From: an uncultured Aminicenantes bacterium
GTDB taxonomy: Bacteria > Acidobacteriota > Aminicenantia > UBA2199
Length of the DNA stretch: 64,000 bases
Assembly: GCA_965195285.1 (NCBI GenBank)
Contig: CBDAFS010000003.1
Span: 1-64,000, forward strand
Direction: 5' to 3'
Each line of letters starts with the position of its first letter. The stretch's first letter is position 1. A program made the position numbers and the translations under genes. Under the pieces are notes generated by a model, which made no database searches, had not been told where the DNA came from, and saw only the letters and a program-made list of their open reading frames with translations. Shown piece by piece: positions 57,885 to 64,000 of the stretch.

Positions 57885-58710
57885 TTAATATCCTCTTCAA
57901 CTCCTTCAGAATGACCCCGGGTTTGTCATCCCGCAGATAATTGCTTCCGAGCCTGGCCCTGCGGACCGCTTCTAGGTCGATTTCAAAATCCAGGTAATCC
58001 TCCTCAAAGCAATCAGCCCGTTTCACAATGCCCTGGCCGGCCCGGGCAAAAAACGATCCGCCCGGGAAACCAATGCCGTCCTCAAATCCGGTGCGGTTCA
58101 CAAACACATAATGCTGATGGTAAAAAACGGAATACACGTACCCCATGTTTTCCCAGAGCTGAAGGGATTTGAAATGGTCTTTGTCCAGCATCCGGTGGGG
58201 GCTGTTGGATATGCCGATCAGAAAATCCACACCCTGCAGAAAATAGAGATAAGCATGCACGGGAAAGAGAATTTCCCGGCAGATGATCAACCCCACCGTA
58301 AATTCTTTGATTTTAAAGCTACGGAAAGTATCCCCTGCTCCGAATATCATTTCTTCCTGGAACATGCCGAAATTGGGCAGCTGGACCTTTCGATGGACAT
58401 GGCGGAGATCCCCTTGGGAAAAATACAGGGCTGAATTGTATATGATTCCGGGAATTTCTTCATAGGGGGCTCCCACCACGATATCAATTCCCCGGCTGAG
58501 GTCTTTCAATCTTTTGACCTCCGGGCTGGCCGGGTTCAGGGCCACATCATAGACAATATCCATCAGATGGTAGCCGCTCAGGCTCAATTCCGGAAAAACA
58601 ATCAGCTTACATTTATCCTCAACCGCCCGGTCAATCTGATGACAGTGGTATCTCATATTCTTTTTCAGATTTCCAAGGACCGGACTGAATTGAATGCCCC
58701 TCACTTTCAT
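57877..58710 (-). CDS. Nitrilase-family amidohydrolase, probable stand-alone glutaminase subunit of NAD synthetase
   Basis: E-K-C triad in FPELSL, RKVQLPNFGMFQE, ICRE; overlaps the nadE start. Confidence 0.85.
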   Translation of the reverse strand: MKVRGIQFSPVLGNLKKNMRYHCHQIDRAVEDKCKLIVFPELSLSGYHLMDIVYDVALNPASPEVKRLKDLSRGIDIVVGAPYEEIPGIIYNSALYFSQGDLRHVHRKVQLPNFGMFQEEMIFGAGDTFRSFKIKEFTVGLIICREILFPVHAYLYFLQGVDFLIGISNSPHRMLDKDHFKSLQLWENMGYVYSVFYHQHYVFVNRTGFEDGIGFPGGSFFARAGQGIVKRADCFEEDYLDFEIDLEAVRRARLGSNYLRDDKPGVILKELKRILND

Positions 58711-58849
58711 ATCCCCAATATACCACACAAAAAAAAATCAATCAACCGCGTTCATCTTCAATTGATAAGACAATCATGGATCACATATTTCAACAATTTA
58801 TTTGACAATATTTTTTTTTCGGATACAATATTTCAACAGATTTCGGAAG

Positions 58850-60220
58850 ATGAAACAGAAATACATCCAACCCCTTTTCATTTTCAGTCTTGGCCTGCTG
58901 GTATTCACCCAGCAGCTGGTATCTCAGTCCCTCCTCCGGCATCAATATTTCCGGATGAAAAACGGGTTACAGGTGTTCCTGAAGACCAAACCGGGAATTC
59001 CGCTGGTCAACATGGTGCTGGCAGTCAATATCGGTTCAAAGGACGAATCCAACTCCGAAAGCGGACTGGTCCACCTGATGGAACACCTGCTGATGTTTTC
59101 CGGAACTGAATCCCATACCCGTTATGAGCTCATTCAATTGTGGAGACAAAAAGGTTGCTATGTCAATGCCCATACCGATCATGACCTGATGACCCTTGAA
59201 ATCTCCTGTCCGGTCCGGCAGGCCGAATACTGCCTTTCATTGTTAAAAGAGAAGTTGTTTACACTCAAACCACAACCCAAGGATTTGCTCAAGGAAAAGC
59301 AAATCATTGCCGAAGAAATCATTCAAATGCAGGACGATGTTTTCCAACAGGGAACCGACCGGGTTTTAAACCTGCTATTTCCCGATCATCCCTATGCCAA
59401 CCCGATATACGGACAGGCCTCTGTTGTCAAAAATGCCCGGCTGGATCAGGTCCAAGCAATTTATAACCGCTATTTCAGACCCTCCAACTGTTCACTGGCC
59501 GTGGTGGGAGATGTTGATCTGGATGAAATGAAAAATTATATCAACCGAACATTTGCCGATCTGAAACCGCCAGCTATTCCTTGGCCTGTCCCGGCCAAAG
59601 CAAAGCCTTTAACCCGGAACCGGGATGAGACCCTGGAAATGGATATCGAACAGGCCATGCTTGTCATCGGTTTTTCGGCCCCTGAATTCAATCATAAGGA
59701 TCAATTTGCCCTGTCTGTACTGGGACACATCCTGGGTAAAGGACCCAATCCATTGCTGGGGTTTGCCATCCGTTCCCGAAAAAAGCTGCCATCCAGTTTT
59801 TCAGCCCGGTACATTAAACTTAAATACACCGGGGCCTTCCTGGTCTATCTCAGAACCGATCCCAAAAGGGTTAAATTACTGAAAAGACAGGTCATTAAGT
59901 TCCTGAACAGGACCAATACCTTTCGCTATGCAAAAACCGATTTCCTGAAAAAAGACCGGCTCCAGGTCATCGATTACCTGGAGAGTGCCCGGAATGATAT
60001 TAAACTGAGCGCCGAAAAATTCAAGGAAAGGGGGATCAACTCAGCCGTATCTTTTTCCCGGTTCATGCTCTTGAGAAATCCCGGGAAACAGATTGACTTC
60101 CAGCAGGAAATGCAAAATGTTTCAACGGCTGATCTGAGACGGGTGGCATCCAAATATCTGTGCGGAAAATCCCATGCAACCGTTTACATTCTGCCTTTGA
60201 AAAAAAATGAAAGACAGTAA
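58850..60220 (+). CDS. M16 family zinc peptidase (catalytic subunit)
   Basis: GSKDE..SGLVHLMEH inverted zinc motif, NAHT, HPYANP; signal peptide. Confidence 0.9.
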   Translation: MKQKYIQPLFIFSLGLLVFTQQLVSQSLLRHQYFRMKNGLQVFLKTKPGIPLVNMVLAVNIGSKDESNSESGLVHLMEHLLMFSGTESHTRYELIQLWRQKGCYVNAHTDHDLMTLEISCPVRQAEYCLSLLKEKLFTLKPQPKDLLKEKQIIAEEIIQMQDDVFQQGTDRVLNLLFPDHPYANPIYGQASVVKNARLDQVQAIYNRYFRPSNCSLAVVGDVDLDEMKNYINRTFADLKPPAIPWPVPAKAKPLTRNRDETLEMDIEQAMLVIGFSAPEFNHKDQFALSVLGHILGKGPNPLLGFAIRSRKKLPSSFSARYIKLKYTGAFLVYLRTDPKRVKLLKRQVIKFLNRTNTFRYAKTDFLKKDRLQVIDYLESARNDIKLSAEKFKERGINSAVSFSRFMLLRNPGKQIDFQQEMQNVSTADLRRVASKYLCGKSHATVYILPLKKNERQ

Positions 60221-61490
60221 ACGTATCCGTCCCTGGCTTGTTATCGTATTATTGATTGCGGTTCCGGTATCTGTTGCCAGCAAAAAACTGCAATTGGAAA
60301 ATGGAATCAGGCTGATTGTAGAGCAGGATCTATCTTCCCGGACCACGGTCATTCAAATCCTGATCAAAGGGGGAAAACAGGCTGAACCAGTTTTGAAAAA
60401 CGGACTGGCTTATCTGACCACCCGTCTTTCCATCGAATTGCCGGATGCCCTGAAACAGAAAAAAATCATTGAAATGGCTTCCAGGATTAACTTCCGGGTC
60501 TTTAGCCAATTCTGCGTCATTACCCTTAACTGCCTGTCGGAAAATGTAAGCGATACCCTGGAGATATTTTCAACTGTTTTTTCCAAGCCCTTATTTTCGG
60601 GGTTACGGATCAACCGGAACAAGAACCAAATGCAGCATCTCCAAAAATTGAAAAACGAAAATGATCTGAAATGGAGTCAACAAAAACTAAAACAGATTTT
60701 TTTCAATTTGCCCCAATACCACGGCTCTGTTTACGGAGATCCGGAATCTCTGAAAAATATTTCAGGAAAAGACATCCTCGAGTTTCACAGACAATATTTT
60801 CATGGTTGCAATATGACGGTTGCGGTTTCCTCAAATTTGCCCGAAACAGAACTAATCCCGGTGTTAAGCCAAAGCCTTTCCAGGATTCCTTCCGGACATC
60901 AAATTCAATTCCAACCGTTGGAATTGAACCGGCCCGATAAAAGGAAATTTTTTCTCAAACGAAGAAAAAAACAGTTTTTTATTGCCCTGGCCTGGGTAAA
61001 TTCAGAATTGAATTCCAGAAATTTCGCCCGAATTATTTTATTGGAAAATCTGATGGGCAAAGGAATCGGGTCCATATTATGGGAATTAAGGGAACAAGAA
61101 AAACTGGCCTACCAAGTAGATTCATTCTCAGATATATACCAGAATGCCGGGCTCTTCCTGGTTTATCTGAAGACCCATCCGGAGAAGCTGCCCCGGGCCC
61201 GTGAAAAGTTAACCCGGCTGGTATCAAAACTCTACCAGGAAGGGCTCAATCAGAAAATCCTGAAAGTCCATAAAAATTATGCCCGGTCTGATTTTCTACG
61301 ATTAAATGAAACCAAAGAGCGGCGGACTTTCTATCTGGCATTTTTTGAAGCCCTGGGATTGGGGTATCAATACCTGGATCAGGTTCCGGCCGACATTGAC
61401 CGCATCCGGGATGGGGATTTTAATGATTTTTTGAAAATCATTTTCAATCCTGAAAATCGGATCGAATTTGTCACCGGTCCCGAAACCTAG
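60207..61490 (+). CDS. M16 family peptidase-like (non-catalytic partner)
   Basis: LENGIRL, GLAYLT in place of HxxEH, LWELREQEKLAY. Confidence 0.85.
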   Translation: MKDSKRIRPWLVIVLLIAVPVSVASKKLQLENGIRLIVEQDLSSRTTVIQILIKGGKQAEPVLKNGLAYLTTRLSIELPDALKQKKIIEMASRINFRVFSQFCVITLNCLSENVSDTLEIFSTVFSKPLFSGLRINRNKNQMQHLQKLKNENDLKWSQQKLKQIFFNLPQYHGSVYGDPESLKNISGKDILEFHRQYFHGCNMTVAVSSNLPETELIPVLSQSLSRIPSGHQIQFQPLELNRPDKRKFFLKRRKKQFFIALAWVNSELNSRNFARIILLENLMGKGIGSILWELREQEKLAYQVDSFSDIYQNAGLFLVYLKTHPEKLPRAREKLTRLVSKLYQEGLNQKILKVHKNYARSDFLRLNETKERRTFYLAFFEALGLGYQYLDQVPADIDRIRDGDFNDFLKIIFNPENRIEFVTGPET

Positions 61491-64000
61491 TCCGGAATAA
61501 CATTTGGTAGATCACCGGCATAAGCAATAAAGTGGTAAAAATGGAGAACAAGATCCCACCGATAACCACGATAACCAACGGTCTTTGTATTTCAGATCCG
61601 ATTCCTGAAGCAAAGAGTAGAGGCAAAAGCCCGATAATAGTAGTAAATTTGGTCATCAGAATGGGCCTCAACCGTAAGGCAACACTATCACGGATTGCTC
61701 GGTCAACATCATGGGTGTTGACAGTCTTTCGTTTAAAAAATGAAATCAACACCAGTGTGTTTTCCAGGGCAATTCCCAGCAAGGCCAGAAAACCGATAGT
61801 AGAAGGAACCGACAGGTAAGTTCCGGAAATCCATAAAGAAAGGATCCCTCCGCTCAAAGAAACCGGTAGATTCACCAGGATCACCAGAATGTCTCTCCAG
61901 GATTTCAAATAATCGAATAACAATACCAGGATCAAGATCAAGGTGACAAAAAGGACAACATATAATTTTTTTTCTGCCCTTGCCTTGAGTTCAAACTGGC
62001 CTCCCCATTTCAAATAATATCCGAAGGGAAGCTCAATTTGGTCATAAATTTTCCGGGTGGACTCCCTGACAATGCTACCGATATCCCTCCCTCTCACATT
62101 ACATTGAACCGCAATATAGCGTTTTCCATTCTCCCGGGTAATGTTGGAGAAACCGGTTGTCTCAACCACCTCGGCCACATCAGATAATGGAATCATCTGG
62201 TTTTTACCGGAATGAACAAAATACCGACTTAAATCTTTCAAATCCTTTCTGAACTCAGAGCCATAACGTATGAACACATCGTACACCACATCCCCCTGGT
62301 AAATTTTGCTCACGACCTTTCCACCGAATGCAGCCTCGATTTCCTTTAGTACATCGGTCGGATTCAGGTCATGGCGACCCAATTCCTGTCTTTTCATCTT
62401 CACCACAATCTCATTCTGGCCGGAAACCCGGGTTACCTGAGCATCACTCACCCCCTGAATTTTTTCCAGGATAGCTTTGATTCTATCTGCCACTGATATT
62501 AACCGATTGAAATCATCCCCATACACTTTAATAGCCAGATCGGCTCGAACTCCGGTGATCAGGTGATCGAGATTGTGCTTGATGGGCTGGGTAAAGTTCA
62601 GTATAACACCGGGAACATTTTCCTTTATCCTGGCTTCAATACTCTTGATTAATTCATCCTCACTGTCAAAGTCCCAGTATTTCCGATCCTTTAGAATAAT
62701 AATGGAATGCCCCACATTTACCGGATGGGGATGGGTACCGGCTTCCCCCCTGCCGATCCGACCATAAATCTTGTCAACAGCTTGAAATTCCATTATTAAT
62801 TGCTGAATCCGCTGAATTACTTTTTCTGATTCTTCCAGGGAAGTATTTTGAGGTAATAACTGTTCCAGCTGAATGGTTTGCTCATTTAATTTGGGGATAA
62901 ATTCGGACCCCATATTGAGAACCACAACCATACTGAAGATAAAAATCAGGACAAAACCGACCACTACTATTTTTTTCCTTGGGTAAAAATAATCAAATAT
63001 TCTGAGGTATGTTTTTTTTAAAAAATTGAAAATGAATGCGGTAGAGAACAATTTTCTGGGCCCAAAACAATTCATCAGCGCCGGAGAAATAAACACCGCA
63101 TAAATGATGGCAGAAGTAATGGCTATCAATAGAGTCAATCCAAAAGGCCTGAACATTTTTCCTTCGACTCCGGAAAGTGTCAAAATGGGAATGAAGGAAA
63201 AAATGATTAAAATCATGGCGTAACTCAGCGGTTTCAAAACTTCTCCGACAGCCGATAAAATATCCTGGCTATGGCAAATCCCTTTGGAACTTTCCTCCCG
63301 TTTGCGGGATATGTTTTCCACCACCACCACAGTGGCATCGACCAGAAGCCCGATGCCAATAGCCAAACCTCCGAATGACATCAGGTCGGCTGTCATACCG
63401 GTTAAGGCCATCACCACAAAGGTTATAGAGACGGCAAAAGGAATGGACAGGGCCGAAACCAGTGCCGAAGACAGATCATTGATAAATAGAAACAGAATAA
63501 TCGCCACCAGGATAATGCCGATGATTAAGGCTTCGGATACAGTCCTAAAGGCAGCTTTGATAATCAGCGCCTGATTATAGACCGAGACCAATTTTATACC
63601 CTCGGGCAATCCGGAGTTTATATCCTTGATCTTCTTATCTATCCGATCGATCAGCTCTGAAGTGTTGACTCCGATCAGTTTCATGACAATTCCGGACACA
63701 ATGCCAGTCTTCCGGTTAAGCAAGGCTTCACCTCTCTTTATAGCTGCTCCCGGTCTTATCTCGGCTATGCTGTCCAGAAAAACCGGAACCGATCCAAATT
63801 CTTTCACAACCACTTGCTTTAAATCTTTAATCTCTGAAAATAACCCCAGTCCCCGGATGATATATTCCTCTTTGTTTCGGACAATATAACCCGCAGTTAT
63901 ATTACGGGAACTTTTTTTTATCCGGTCGACTACCGTATGCAGATCAAGATTATATTTAAACAGTTTACCGGGATCGACTATGATCTGAAACTGTTTCACC
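61471..64000 (-). CDS. CusA/CzcA family heavy-metal RND efflux transporter (5' end outside window)
   Basis: LMSFGGLAIGIGLLVDATVVVVENI, EGKMFRP, GSEFIPKLNE, RLRPILMT, GSEIQRPL. Confidence 0.93.
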   Translation of the reverse strand, partial: VKQFQIIVDPGKLFKYNLDLHTVVDRIKKSSRNITAGYIVRNKEEYIIRGLGLFSEIKDLKQVVVKEFGSVPVFLDSIAEIRPGAAIKRGEALLNRKTGIVSGIVMKLIGVNTSELIDRIDKKIKDINSGLPEGIKLVSVYNQALIIKAAFRTVSEALIIGIILVAIILFLFINDLSSALVSALSIPFAVSITFVVMALTGMTADLMSFGGLAIGIGLLVDATVVVVENISRKREESSKGICHSQDILSAVGEVLKPLSYAMILIIFSFIPILTLSGVEGKMFRPFGLTLLIAITSAIIYAVFISPALMNCFGPRKLFSTAFIFNFLKKTYLRIFDYFYPRKKIVVVGFVLIFIFSMVVVLNMGSEFIPKLNEQTIQLEQLLPQNTSLEESEKVIQRIQQLIMEFQAVDKIYGRIGRGEAGTHPHPVNVGHSIIILKDRKYWDFDSEDELIKSIEARIKENVPGVILNFTQPIKHNLDHLITGVRADLAIKVYGDDFNRLISVADRIKAILEKIQGVSDAQVTRVSGQNEIVVKMKRQELGRHDLNPTDVLKEIEAAFGGKVVSKIYQGDVVYDVFIRYGSEFRKDLKDLSRYFVHSGKNQMIPLSDVAEVVETTGFSNITRENGKRYIAVQCNVRGRDIGSIVRESTRKIYDQIELPFGYYLKWGGQFELKARAEKKLYVVLFVTLILILVLLFDYLKSWRDILVILVNLPVSLSGGILSLWISGTYLSVPSTIGFLALLGIALENTLVLISFFKRKTVNTHDVDRAIRDSVALRLRPILMTKFTTIIGLLPLLFASGIGSEIQRPLVIVVIGGILFSIFTTLLLMPVIYQMLFRTRFRDR

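Noticed and set aside
57069-58710. Split glutaminase + NadE as a novelty
   Set aside because: Two-subunit glutamine-dependent NAD synthetases are already described.
58850-61490. Second M16 gene lacking HxxEH as a pseudogene
   Set aside because: Catalytic plus non-catalytic M16B heterodimer pairs are normal.

Overview
Bacterial chromosomal window with mostly housekeeping and envelope genes: ychF, mglA-like, mltD-like, a Lol-like ABC operon with a TetR regulator, a Ser/Thr kinase, hflX, miaA, purF, dNK-panBCD, rsmI, split NAD synthetase, an M16 peptidase pair, a partial CusA/CzcA pump and three tRNAs. The gene content resembles Acidobacteriota/Aminicenantes-type genomes (inference only). Three accessory elements stand out. 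(1) An ~11.1 kb AT-rich integrative element splits comM in frame between perfect 16-bp direct repeats (13633-13648 and 24755-24770). It encodes a tyrosine integrase, excisionase-like HTH, RuvC-like resolvase, DnaB-like helicase, a putative Rep protein next to 22-bp-period iterons, and TerS-/TerL-like terminase genes, but no recognisable capsid, portal or tail, so it looks like a terminase-carrying phage satellite. (2) A compositionally distinct three-gene island at the 3' end of tRNA-Ala(CGC) encodes an opine dehydrogenase, a fused B12-dependent mutase-like protein and an ATP-grasp ligase, a candidate uncharacterised biosynthetic pathway. (3) A decayed RAYT (Y1) transposase is bracketed by 30-bp perfect inverted repeats; a solo copy of that repeat and a GTAG-type REP pair lie upstream of comM. 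All product calls come from motif recognition by eye; no database searches were run.
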